From NCBI GenBank assembly GCA_963700145.1, contig OY969474.1, forward strand, positions 5,184,001 through 5,248,000: DNA of 64,000 nt, given 5' to 3'. The notes below the pieces were generated by a model, which was not told the origin of the DNA, did not search any database, and saw only the letters and a program-made list of their open reading frames with translations. How positions within the stretch are numbered: the stretch's first letter is position 1; each line of letters starts with the position of its first letter. Positions 26,715 through 38,904 of this stretch are shown here, piece by piece. The stretch is from an uncultured Acidobacteriota bacterium (GTDB lineage: Bacteria > Acidobacteriota > Thermoanaerobaculia > Multivoradales > UBA5704). Made by a program: the position numbers and the translations under genes.

Positions 26715-27909
26715 CGTGCCCCCTTTCGTCGGATCGGTTGGTTCGTGGAACGGTCAGGATCTCCTCGACGACGGCGCGCGGCTCCGGCAGGGCGGAGCGC
26801 TGCCGCCGCCAGCGGCGGCAGTTCCGCTTCAAGGCGGCGCGGCGCTCGTCGTCGAACAGCAGCGCGGCCGCACGGCCGACCACCTCGGTCTCATTCAAGA
26901 CTTCCGCCACTTCGTAGCAGCCGGCGATCTCGAAGCGCCCCTCGAGCGCGTCGGAGATCTCGCACATGCCGTACGGGAAGACGCGGTAGGGAAAAAAGCG
27001 GCCCGCCAGGAAACTGCCGGCCTCCAGGCCGCGACTCGCCTCGGAGTTGGCGAGCAGGAGGGCCGGCGTGCCGAGATGGAAGGCGTCGACGATGCAGGAG
27101 AGGAGCGAGTCGGCGAGGTAGAGGTCGGCGGCGCCGACCAACGCCAGGAACTCCTCGTAGGGGACGAACGGCACGTGCCGCACGTGCGCCAGGCCGGCCA
27201 GCTCGGGGAGGGGCCGCGGCATCAGCAGGAAGACCTGGGCGCGGTCCAGCGGCGGGCGCGAGAGCAGCCCGCCGAGGTGCCGGTAGTAGCCGGGGAAGTG
27301 CTCCTGGATGTAGTCGAAGCGGTTGCGGGAGACGGCGTAGACCAGCGACCGTCTGTCCGGGTCGCCGCCGTGGCGGGCGAGGGTCTCGGCGCGCGGGCGA
27401 CGGCGCGCCGCGGCGTAGGCGCGGCGGGCGCGGAAGTGGCGGGCGTTGGGGCTCGTGGGTTCGAGCGACATGTAGCGCAGCGCCCACACCCAGTGCGGCA
27501 CGGCGGCGAAGCGCTTCGGCTCGGCGCTGCCCGGCAGGCGCAGGTCGAAGCCGATCTCGAAGGGATCGAACGACAGCACCGGCACGCCGAGGTCGTGCGG
27601 CTCGAGCGGGAAGGAGCCGAAGGTCGCCCCCTCCTGGCCGGGGAGGTTCCAGAAGCCGTTACAGGCGACGACGACGGCGTCCGCCGCGAAGTGGTCGACG
27701 GCGGCGAGGATCGTCTCCCGGACGTGGACCGCGGGGGCGAAGAAGAACCGCTCGTCGCGCGGATCGAGGAACGGCGCCAGGCGCGGGCTGAGGACGAACC
27801 CGTAGCGGTAACGCCGGCGCCCCAGGTCCGCGATCCAGGCCTGGCAGAGCGACAGGTCGCCCATGTTGGAGCCGGTCGTGACGACGAACAGCAGCTTCCT
27901 CATCCACAC
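26698..27909 (-). CDS. Putative GT-B-fold glycosyltransferase-like protein (possibly DUF6365-like)
   Basis: KLLFVV N-terminal strand, FVPYEEFLALVGAADLYL, AFHLGTPALLL resemble a GT-B C-terminal lobe; family name from recollection only. Confidence 0.55.
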   Translation of the reverse strand: MWMRKLLFVVTTGSNMGDLSLCQAWIADLGRRRYRYGFVLSPRLAPFLDPRDERFFFAPAVHVRETILAAVDHFAADAVVVACNGFWNLPGQEGATFGSFPLEPHDLGVPVLSFDPFEIGFDLRLPGSAEPKRFAAVPHWVWALRYMSLEPTSPNARHFRARRAYAAARRRPRAETLARHGGDPDRRSLVYAVSRNRFDYIQEHFPGYYRHLGGLLSRPPLDRAQVFLLMPRPLPELAGLAHVRHVPFVPYEEFLALVGAADLYLADSLLSCIVDAFHLGTPALLLANSEASRGLEAGSFLAGRFFPYRVFPYGMCEISDALEGRFEIAGCYEVAEVLNETEVVGRAAALLFDDERRAALKRNCRRWRRQRSALPEPRAVVEEILTVPRTNRSDERGHDEQQR

Positions 27910-28039
27910 CCCGAAGGAGAAACTTCAAGGGGCCGCGACAGGCCACGGCCCCGAGTTCAGGCACCTGCGACTTTCCGAGATTGCTTCCTTATCTCTTTCA
28001 TGCAGGGCATGTCAAGAGTCTCCCGCGGCAAACGAGACG

Positions 28040-28909
28040 TCACGCCGGCGGCTGGCGCCGCCAGCGCTTGTGCCACCAGACCCACTGCTCGGGGCGGCGG
28101 CGGACCTGGGATTCGATGGCGGCGGTCATCAGGGCGGTGGCGGCGGTCTCGTCGGGGAGGAGGTCAAGAGCCGGGAGGCAGCGGATCAAGTGGGTGCCGT
28201 CCTCCCGGCGCTCGCCGAAGATCGGCACGGCCGTCACCCCCTGGCGCAACGCGATCCGCGCCGCCCCGACCGGCGTAAAGGCAGGGCGGCCGAAGAAGGG
28301 GACCCAGACGCCTTCGACGCGGGTGTCTTGGTCGATCAGGATGGCGAGCGCGCCGCCCTTGCGCAGCACCTCGAGGAGCTGGCGGCCGGCGGCGCGGCCG
28401 CCGCGGGCGATGGTGGTGGCGCCCATCGCGCCGCGCACGGCGAGCAGCAGCTCCTGGAGCGACGGGTCTTCGATCTCACGCGCCGCGGCCGCCAGCGGCA
28501 GGCCCTGCAGCGTGAAGGCGCCGGCGATCAGCTCCCAGTTGCCGCAGTGGCCGGTGACCCCGAGCACCGCCCGCCCGCCGGCGCGCGCCGCCTCGATCTG
28601 CTCCCAGCCTTCGATCGTGAGGCGCGGGGCCAGCTCACCGACCCCGCGCCGCGTCAGGTGAAGCAGCTCGGTCAGGTTCATCCCCTGATTCAGGAAGGCG
28701 CCGCGGGCGATGGCGCGTCGCTCGGCGGCGGAGCGCTCGGGAAAGGCGAGGGCGAGATGGTCGAGGGCGCGCCGCCGGTCGCGGCGCGACAGCGCCCAGC
28801 CGAGCCGGCCGATGCCGCGCCCCAGCCGCTGCGCGCCGCCCCACGAGAGAACGCCGCAGACGACGGCGAGGCCGCGCAGGGCCAGGCCGAGAGGAGAGGG
28901 GATCGGCAA
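28040..28909 (-). CDS. Lipid A biosynthesis (LpxL/HtrB-like) acyltransferase
   Basis: TGHCGNWEL, LIDQD, VPFFGRPA, PEQWVWWHKRW; start approximate. Confidence 0.85.
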   Translation of the reverse strand: MPIPSPLGLALRGLAVVCGVLSWGGAQRLGRGIGRLGWALSRRDRRRALDHLALAFPERSAAERRAIARGAFLNQGMNLTELLHLTRRGVGELAPRLTIEGWEQIEAARAGGRAVLGVTGHCGNWELIAGAFTLQGLPLAAAAREIEDPSLQELLLAVRGAMGATTIARGGRAAGRQLLEVLRKGGALAILIDQDTRVEGVWVPFFGRPAFTPVGAARIALRQGVTAVPIFGERREDGTHLIRCLPALDLLPDETAATALMTAAIESQVRRRPEQWVWWHKRWRRQPPA

Positions 28910-28978
28910 GCGGAGCGAAGCCTAGCAGCGCGGAATGGCATGGGCGGCCGGAGGGTTCTCCGGCGTATGCCTCGGCGT

Positions 28979-29851
28979 ATGCGTTCGCGTCCCCTTGGTC
29001 TGCTCTTCCTCCTGCTCGGCGCCGGGCTCGTGCTGCCCCGCCCGCTCGCGGCCGCGGTCGACCGCTGGACACCCACCGGGCCCGACGTCGCCGCCGTGCC
29101 CTCCCTCGCCGTCGGCCCGACGGGCGTGGTCTACGCCGGGACCGCGGAGTTCGGCGTCTTCCGCAGCACCGACCGCGGCGCGCGCTGGAGCGCCATGCGC
29201 GGTGCGTCGAGCTTTTCGGACGTGCAGGAGCTGGCGCTCGATCCCGGCGACCCCCGGACCGTCTACGCCCTGCGCAGGTTCAGCGGCCTCTTCCGCAGCC
29301 GCGACGGCGGCCCCTGGCTGTACGTCGGGCCGGGGGGGTCGCCGTCGAGCGCCGACGCCTTCGCGGTCGCCCCTTCCGATCCGAACCGCCTCTACCTGCT
29401 GAACGGTCCCACCCTGTACGTGAGCCGGGACCGCGGAGCGACCTGGGTCACCCTGGTGGACTACGTCCCGGGGGTCCAGGTGGCCGACTCGAACACCCTG
29501 CACGTCGATCCGCGCGACCCGGACGTCGTCCTGGTCGGCAGCGATTTCAACGGGGTGATCCGCTCGACCGACGGCGGCCTCACCTGGCAGTTCGGCCAGG
29601 GGGAGGGCGGGACCCGCGGACCGGTGCTCGTCGTCGCCCTGGCGCTCGACCCCCGCAACCCGGACGTCCAGTACACCGGCAGCCAGGGGGAGGGGATCTG
29701 GAAGAGCACGGATGGCGGCAGGGTCTGGCGGCAGGTGCTGGCCTTTCCCGGCTTCGGCGACGTGCCGGTCGCCCTCGCCGTCGACCCGGCGCAGAGCCGG
29801 CGGGTCTACGCCGCGGTGCTGCGCGCGGTCCCGTCGTCGCCGCACGGGTGA
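28979..29851 (+). CDS. Secreted BNR/Asp-box beta-propeller protein, N-terminal part
   Basis: Signal peptide; repeated SxDxGxxW motifs (RSTDRGARW, SRDRGATW, RSTDGGLTW, KSTDGGRVW). Confidence 0.75.
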   Translation: MRSRPLGLLFLLLGAGLVLPRPLAAAVDRWTPTGPDVAAVPSLAVGPTGVVYAGTAEFGVFRSTDRGARWSAMRGASSFSDVQELALDPGDPRTVYALRRFSGLFRSRDGGPWLYVGPGGSPSSADAFAVAPSDPNRLYLLNGPTLYVSRDRGATWVTLVDYVPGVQVADSNTLHVDPRDPDVVLVGSDFNGVIRSTDGGLTWQFGQGEGGTRGPVLVVALALDPRNPDVQYTGSQGEGIWKSTDGGRVWRQVLAFPGFGDVPVALAVDPAQSRRVYAAVLRAVPSSPHG

Positions 29852-30387
29852 CGTTCGCCCGCGACGGACGGGTCAACGGCCTGGTGATCCACCCTCTCCG
29901 CCCCGCGTCGGTGTTCGCCGGGGCGACGACCGGCTTCTTCCGCAGCCGTGACGCGGGGGAGCGCTGGGTCCAGCTGGGCGACGGCCTGCCGGGAGTGTGC
30001 GGCAGGCAGGACACCGTCGTCCTGGATCCGTTCGCCCGCAACACCTTCTACGCCTTGTCGTGCCACGCGACCCGGCTGGTGTTCAAGAGCACCGACTCGG
30101 GCGCGCACTGGGCGCCGACCGGTCTCACCCACGACGGCACGAACCTGTCGCTCGACGTGCTGCTGGCCGACCCGCGCCGGCGCGGCGCCGTCTACGCCGG
30201 CGGGTCGGAGGGACTCTTCGCCACCGGCGACGGCGGCGCGAGCTGGCGGCGGTTCGACAGCGGGCTGCCGAAGGAGCTGTTCGGTGTGCCGTGGATCATG
30301 AGCCTGGCGGCCGACCCGCGCGTGCCCGGCCGGATCTACGCCGGCCTGCGCGGCGGTGGGCTGTTCACGATGCTGCGCAGCGACTAG
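29848..30387 (+). CDS. BNR/Asp-box protein, C-terminal part (split or frameshifted gene)
   Basis: RSRDAGERW, KSTDSGAHW, TGDGGASW, IYAGLRGGGLF; no signal peptide. Confidence 0.6.
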   Translation: MTFARDGRVNGLVIHPLRPASVFAGATTGFFRSRDAGERWVQLGDGLPGVCGRQDTVVLDPFARNTFYALSCHATRLVFKSTDSGAHWAPTGLTHDGTNLSLDVLLADPRRRGAVYAGGSEGLFATGDGGASWRRFDSGLPKELFGVPWIMSLAADPRVPGRIYAGLRGGGLFTMLRSD

Positions 30388-30935
30388 GAAGCTCCGTCGA
30401 CCCAGCCGGCGACCAGCCGATCCCAGTCGCCGCGGGCGCGCAGGACGGCCTCGATCATCTCGCGTACCGCCTCCCGCCCCCCGTCCCGTTCGAGCACTCG
30501 GTGGACCCGCGCCCGCACCTCGGCGACGGCGTCGGCCGGCGCGAAGGAGAGGCCGCAGCGGGCGAGGACCGGGAGGTCGAGGAGGTCGTCGCCGGCGTAG
30601 GCCACGCGCGCCGGGTCGGCGCCGTGCTCGGCCAGGAACTCGCCGAAGGCGGCCCCCTTGTCGGCGCGGTCGAGGATGACGGCGTCGAGCCCCAGCTCGC
30701 GGGCGCGCGTCGAGAGCGCCGCGGCGCCGCGCCCGGAGAGAATCCCGACCTTGAGCCCCGCGCGCTGCGCCAGCTTGAGCGCCAGCCCGTCGCGGACGTG
30801 GAACACCTTGAGCTCCTCGCCGCCGGCGCCGTAGGTCAGCAGCCCGTCCGTCAGCACCCCGTCGACGTCGAAGAGCAGCCACTCCAGCGCCCGCGCGCGG
30901 CGGGTGAACTCCTCTTCGGACAGCGCGTCGCTCAG
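30384..30935 (-). CDS. kdsC: KDO 8-phosphate phosphatase (HAD)
   Basis: FDVDGVLTDG, FHVRDG, GDDLLDLP, GGREAVRE; start uncertain. Confidence 0.9.
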   Translation of the reverse strand: MSDALSEEEFTRRARALEWLLFDVDGVLTDGLLTYGAGGEELKVFHVRDGLALKLAQRAGLKVGILSGRGAAALSTRARELGLDAVILDRADKGAAFGEFLAEHGADPARVAYAGDDLLDLPVLARCGLSFAPADAVAEVRARVHRVLERDGGREAVREMIEAVLRARGDWDRLVAGWVDGAS

Positions 30936-31920
30936 AACAGCTCCAGCTTCCACAGGTCGTGGAGGTGCACGATCCCTTCGAGCCGCCCGGCGGCGTCGCA
31001 GACGAAGAGGGAGGTGATGCGGTGCTCCTCCATCTCGTTGAGGGCGGCCGAGGCCAGCTCCTCGCCGGCGATCGTGCGCGGGCTGCGATGCATGCACTCG
31101 CCGGCGGTGCGGCGGAGGACGTTCTCGTCGTCGCGCTCCAGCAACCGTCGCAGGTCGCCGTCCGAGATGCAGCCGAGGAGCTTCCCCTCGCCGTCCACGA
31201 CCGCGGTGATCCCGAGCTTCTTGGCCGACATCTCGTAGATCGCCTCGCGCATCGGCGTCTCGGGGCCGACGCGCGGCAGCGCCTCGCCGGCGTGCATCAG
31301 CTCGGTGACCTTGAGGAGCCGCTTGCCGATCCGGCCGGCGGGGTGGAGGCGCGCGAAGTCCTCGCGGGTGAAGCCGCGCGCCTCCAAGAGGGCCATGGCG
31401 AGGGCGTCGCCGAGCGCCAGCATCGCCGTCGTCGAGGCGGTGGGCGCGAGGTTGAGCGGGCAGGCCTCGCGGTCGATCGCCACCGAGAGGTGGGCGTCGG
31501 CGTGGCGGGCGAGCGGGCTCTCGCCGCTGCCGGTCATGGCGACGAGCGGCACGCCGAGGCGCTTGAGGGTCTGCACCAGCCGCAGCAGCTCCTCGGTCGT
31601 CCCCGAGTAGGAGGCGGCGAGCACCACGTCCCCCTCGACGATCGCGCCGAGGTCGCCGTGCACCGCCTCGGCGGGGTGGAGGAAGAGGGCCGGCGTGCCG
31701 GTCGAGGTCAGCGTCGCCGCCACCTTGCGCATCACGATGCCGCTCTTCCCCATGCCGGTGCAGACGACCCGCCCCTGGCAGGCGCGCAGCAGCTCGACCG
31801 CGCGGTCGAAGCTCTCGTCGAGCTGCGCGAGCAGGCCGCGGATCGCCGCCGCCTCGGTCTCCAGCACCTCGACGGCCACCTCGCGCGGCGGGCGGCCCGG
31901 CACAGGTTCCACAGCCCGCT

Positions 31921-31924
<4 letters not shown>
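30932..31924 (-). CDS. kdsD: Arabinose-5-phosphate isomerase (KpsF/GutQ, SIS + CBS)
   Basis: GMGKSG, HPAEAVHGDLG, EACPLNLAPTAST, CBS pair. Confidence 0.95.
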
Positions 31925-35355
<3,431 letters not shown>

Positions 35356-35432
35356 CGGGCTCTCAGCGGAAGCTGTATGCTGGCAGTTACTTGCGGCCGG
35401 GTCGGAACGCCTCCTGGCGCAGTGGCATAGCA

Positions 35433-36434
35433 ATGGCGAAGAAGACCAAACCAGGCTCAGGCCGATGTGTCCACTGTCTCCTGCAGTTCGAGCGGCGGAC
35501 GTGGGATCACGTGCTACCGATCTCTTGGTATCCGGATGACACGCCACGGGATCTTGAGCGTTGGAAGGTCCCAGCTTGTGAGGGTTGCAACAACAGACTT
35601 AGCAGGCTTGAGCAAGACCTCCTCGTTCTCTTCGCTCTCTGCCTCAGCCCGGCAAACGCTAAGGCGAGCGGGATCTCTGAGCGAACTCTACGTGCAGTCG
35701 ATCCGGCGCGCGCGAAGAGCGAACGAGACGCGCGTGCTAGGGAGGCCGCGCGCCGACGGGTGCTCGCAGCGACTTTTCCCGCAGAAGCCTGGCACTTTCG
35801 CCATACCCTACCCGGCTTTTGCCACCTCGGAGGCGATGCGGAAGCCGTGGCTATCGGAATTCGCCCCGAATGGCTGCATGCCTTTGCCGAGAAGATGGTG
35901 AGAGGTCTTACCTATCTCGAGGAGAGTGGCACCTTCATTCCACAGGGGCATACATTCGATTTCTTCTTCGATCCAGCCCGGGGCGCTATCGTGGAGGAAG
36001 CCTTGAATAGGTTCTCCGCGCCACGGCATCGCGGCCCTGGGCTCGTGATCCAGCGAGCAGCCGCAGCCAGCGACCGCGCATCGTGTAATTTCGCAGTCGA
36101 AATCTGGGGTGCGTTACGGTTCTGGGGAATCGTTAGGTCGCCTCAGTCCTTGGGCGATCCTGCCTTTATGCTAACTGTGGACAAAGTCAGGCGAATCACG
36201 CCTGTGCAACAGCCCGTGAGGCTTTCCGAATTGCACCTTCCCGTAAGCGTCAATCGGAACGCGCTTGAAGCGGCGGTTCTTAAGCGCGCATTCCTGTCGA
36301 GAGAACCAGTGCCCCTGCAGTTTGAGGACATGTCGCTCGAGGGGCGTTTCTTTGTTCAAAGTGTGCATCCAGAGGGGGAGGAGTTGGTCGCAGACCTGAT
36401 GGCATTTGAGGGCGACTACAGAAGGCTGGGCTGA
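35433..36434 (+). CDS. HNH endonuclease-like protein
   Basis: CVHC...TWDHVLP...VPACEGCNN; visibly lower GC than flanks. Confidence 0.65.
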   Translation: MAKKTKPGSGRCVHCLLQFERRTWDHVLPISWYPDDTPRDLERWKVPACEGCNNRLSRLEQDLLVLFALCLSPANAKASGISERTLRAVDPARAKSERDARAREAARRRVLAATFPAEAWHFRHTLPGFCHLGGDAEAVAIGIRPEWLHAFAEKMVRGLTYLEESGTFIPQGHTFDFFFDPARGAIVEEALNRFSAPRHRGPGLVIQRAAAASDRASCNFAVEIWGALRFWGIVRSPQSLGDPAFMLTVDKVRRITPVQQPVRLSELHLPVSVNRNALEAAVLKRAFLSREPVPLQFEDMSLEGRFFVQSVHPEGEELVADLMAFEGDYRRLG

Positions 36435-36503
36435 ATCGAAGCCTTGAGGCCCTAAGAACGATGCGTTCCGTAACCCACGCCCGGCTTATCTTGAAGCCCG
36501 CGA

Positions 36504-37195
36504 ATGCGGCCGGCTCGTCCCAAGAATCTGTCTGAGCACGCGGAACGGACCCTGCGCAAAATTGCGGAGGCCGGCTTGGGGGAAACCATCTCGCTTGGAG
36601 GCGCCCTCGGAGTACAGCACTACCTCGACTTCCGAATCACCCATGATGTAGACGCGTGGTGGTCCCCGTCGGCAACTCCTGAACGGCGAGGCGAAGTAGT
36701 GCGGCTCGTCGAAGCCGCCCTCGCGGCCGATGGCGAGGTCCACACGCGGCGCTGGGGCGACGTAGTAAGTATCGAGCTCAAGGTCGGGGGCAAGAAGGTA
36801 TTCAGCTTCCAGATCGCGGAGCGCTCGGCACAATTGGAGCCGACGACGGTTGTCCCTTGGGCGGATGTTGCGCTCGACAGCTTGGCCGATCTCATCGCCA
36901 GCAAGATGGTCGCGCTCGCGAGCGCGGGGCTCCCCGGGATTTCCGCGACATCTACACACTTTGCCAGGCAGGTCTGACGAGCGTCGCCGAGTGCTGGCGC
37001 CTGTGGCGTGAGCGCCAACGGCGAGCCGGAAGCGATGCCGATGCCCACCGTGCCCGCCTCGCCGTGGAGACCCAATTGACCCGGATTGTGCTCCATCGCC
37101 CGCTGGATCGTATTGTCGATCTGGATGAGCGGGCGGAGTCGCAACGGGTACGCGCATGGGTCGAAGAGGAGCTCCTCGATGCCCTCGTGGATTGA
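36504..37195 (+). pseudogene. AbiEii-like nucleotidyltransferase toxin, frameshifted near 36918
   Basis: Frame 1: LGGALG...RITHDVD...LIASKMVAL; continues in another frame as ERGAPRDFRDIY. Confidence 0.7.
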
Positions 37196-37484
37196 TGGCA
37201 GCCTCTACCCGGACGTCGAGGTTCCCGAAGAGCTCGTGACTCTCGAGGATAGGATCGACTTCCTGGCCCGGCTCTGCGCCGCGTGGGACTTCGGCGTCCT
37301 TCCTGAAGCCGATACGATCGAGGAGATCCGGCGGCCGGAATGGCGAGAGGCCGTCGAGGCGACACGGCTCCTCACCTCGCCCGCCTACCACCTGGTGCGT
37401 AAGTGGCACGGCCTCGCGCGCCTGCCCTTCCTCGGCCAGGAGAGCGCGCTCATCCGCGACGACCCCAGTCTCGCGCACGTTTGA
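37179..37484 (+). CDS. Hypothetical protein, putative partner/antitoxin of the nucleotidyltransferase
   Basis: ATG with GAGGAG RBS overlapping the toxin 3' end; about 101 aa. Confidence 0.55.
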   Translation: MPSWIDGSLYPDVEVPEELVTLEDRIDFLARLCAAWDFGVLPEADTIEEIRRPEWREAVEATRLLTSPAYHLVRKWHGLARLPFLGQESALIRDDPSLAHV

Positions 37485-37504
37485 AGAAGTCGGTAGGCCG
37501 ATTC

Positions 37505-37710
37505 CAACATCCCGAGGCTCGGACCCAGTAACTCGCGGCGCCGATTCAGTAAACCGAGGACGGCAGCCAGTAGGTCGCGGCGCGGAGCCAGTAGCTCGGG
37601 GCCTGGAGTCAGTAGCTTGAGGCCGCGTCCCAGTAACCCGAGGCGCGCTCCCAGTAACTGGAGGCCCGGACCCAGTAGAGATAGGCGCGGACCCAGTAAC
37701 TCGCGGACCG
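37505..37710. repeat. Degenerate 21-bp-period tandem array with invariant CAGTA core (9 copies plus 1 degenerate)
   Basis: CAGTA at 37526, 37547, 37568, 37589, 37610, 37631, 37652, 37673, 37694; CAACA at 37505. Confidence 0.92.
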
Positions 37711-37728
37711 CTGCGGCTGGATCGGCGC

Positions 37729-38160
37729 TCAGTCCGAGGGCGTCGGCTCGCCGTCGGGGTCCGCCGGCGGCCGGCGGACGGCTTGCCGCGCCACCTCGCA
37801 GCGGACCTCCTGGCGCAGCAGCCGCGTCAGCTCCTCGCGGGTCACCGGCAGCTCGGTGTGGGCCGGCGGTCGCGGCGGCTCGGTCGCCTGCAGCGACGGC
37901 AGCCAGTCGCTCAGCCGGCGCGTCGCCGCCGCCTCCGTCTCGGGACAGCCAGCCGCCACCAGCTCACTGGGCTTCACCTGCAGCAGCTCGGCGAACGTCA
38001 ATAGGTGCCGCACCCGCAGCTCGATCTTGCCGTCGAGCAGCTTGTGGAGGTTCCCGTGCCCGATCTCCAGCAAGTCCTCGAGCTCCCGGTGGGAGTGGTC
38101 CAGCTTCTCCACCAGCTCGCCGAGCAGCCGGCGCATCGAGCGCAAGTCGTTCTGCCGCAT
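37729..38160 (-). CDS. Xre/Cro-like HTH DNA-binding protein
   Basis: SHRELEDLLEIGHGNLHKLLDGKIELRVRHL...LQVKPSEL. Confidence 0.75.
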   Translation of the reverse strand: MRQNDLRSMRRLLGELVEKLDHSHRELEDLLEIGHGNLHKLLDGKIELRVRHLLTFAELLQVKPSELVAAGCPETEAAATRRLSDWLPSLQATEPPRPPAHTELPVTREELTRLLRQEVRCEVARQAVRRPPADPDGEPTPSD

Positions 38161-38245
38161 ATGCCGCGGAGAGTATAGCCCCGGCGGCGGCGGCCCGGCC
38201 AGCCGCCTGCGAAGGGCTGACTTCTGGTACTGTCTGTACTACCAG

Positions 38246-38677
38246 ATGCGGCCGCGACCCCGGATCGTCCTCGATACGAATGTCCTCGTCGCCGCGCTCC
38301 GCTCTCGCCGGGGGGCCTCCTTTCGGCTCCTCTCCCTCCTCGGTGAGGACCGCTTCGTCATGAGCGTCTCGGTGGCCCTGGTGCTGGAGTACGAAGATGC
38401 CCTGCTCCGCGTGGTTGCCGAGGGGCCGCTGACCGAGGAGGAGGTTGCGGACGTGCTCGACTACCTCTGCGCGGTCGCCTGGAAGCAGGAGGTTTTTTTC
38501 CTGTGGCGCCCCTTTCTGCGCGATCCGAAGGACGACTTGGTCCTGGAGGTCGCCGTCGCCGCGGGTTGCGACCGGATCGTGACGTTCAACCAGAGGGACT
38601 TCCGCGGCTGCGAGCAGTTCGGCATTCAGGCCGTGACACCGCGTGAGCTCCTGCTGGAGATCGGAGCCCTCTCATGA
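38246..38677 (+). CDS. PIN-domain toxin
   Basis: IVLDTNVLVAA, LEYE, RDPKDDLVLEVA, IVTFNQRDF. Confidence 0.9.
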   Translation: MRPRPRIVLDTNVLVAALRSRRGASFRLLSLLGEDRFVMSVSVALVLEYEDALLRVVAEGPLTEEEVADVLDYLCAVAWKQEVFFLWRPFLRDPKDDLVLEVAVAAGCDRIVTFNQRDFRGCEQFGIQAVTPRELLLEIGALS

Positions 38678-38904
38678 GCACTCTCAGCGTCAGGTTGCCC
38701 AGCTCTCTCCACCGGCAGCTCAAGGAGCTGGCGGTGCGGGAGGGGATCTCGATCAACCAGTTCGTCAGCTCGGCGGTCGGCGAGAAGATGGCGGCGCTGA
38801 TGACGGCCGAGTACCTGAGCGAACGGGCACGGCGCGGCAGCCGCGCCCGGTTCGAGGCCGTCTTGGCCAAAGTGCCCGATCGCGAGCCGGAGGGTGAGGA
38901 CTGA
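38674..38904 (+). CDS. Ribbon-helix-helix (HicB-like) antitoxin
   Basis: LSVRLPSSLHRQLKELAVREGISINQFV; ATGA overlap with toxin. Confidence 0.85.
   Translation: MSTLSVRLPSSLHRQLKELAVREGISINQFVSSAVGEKMAALMTAEYLSERARRGSRARFEAVLAKVPDREPEGED

Noticed and set aside
27986-28015. Sigma-70 promoter for the glyco/peptide operon
   Set aside because: A perfect TTGACA on the minus strand at 28015-28010, but no convincing -10 box at 16-18 nt.
17812-28278. Long plus-strand ORFs opposite the glyco cluster, and Arg/Pro/Gly-rich alternative frames throughout the window
   Set aside because: Shadow or off-frame ORFs with composition typical of non-coding frames.
37505-37710. CRISPR array interpretation of the 21-bp repeats
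   Set aside because: Period too short, only a 5-bp constant core, no repeat-spacer structure and no cas genes.
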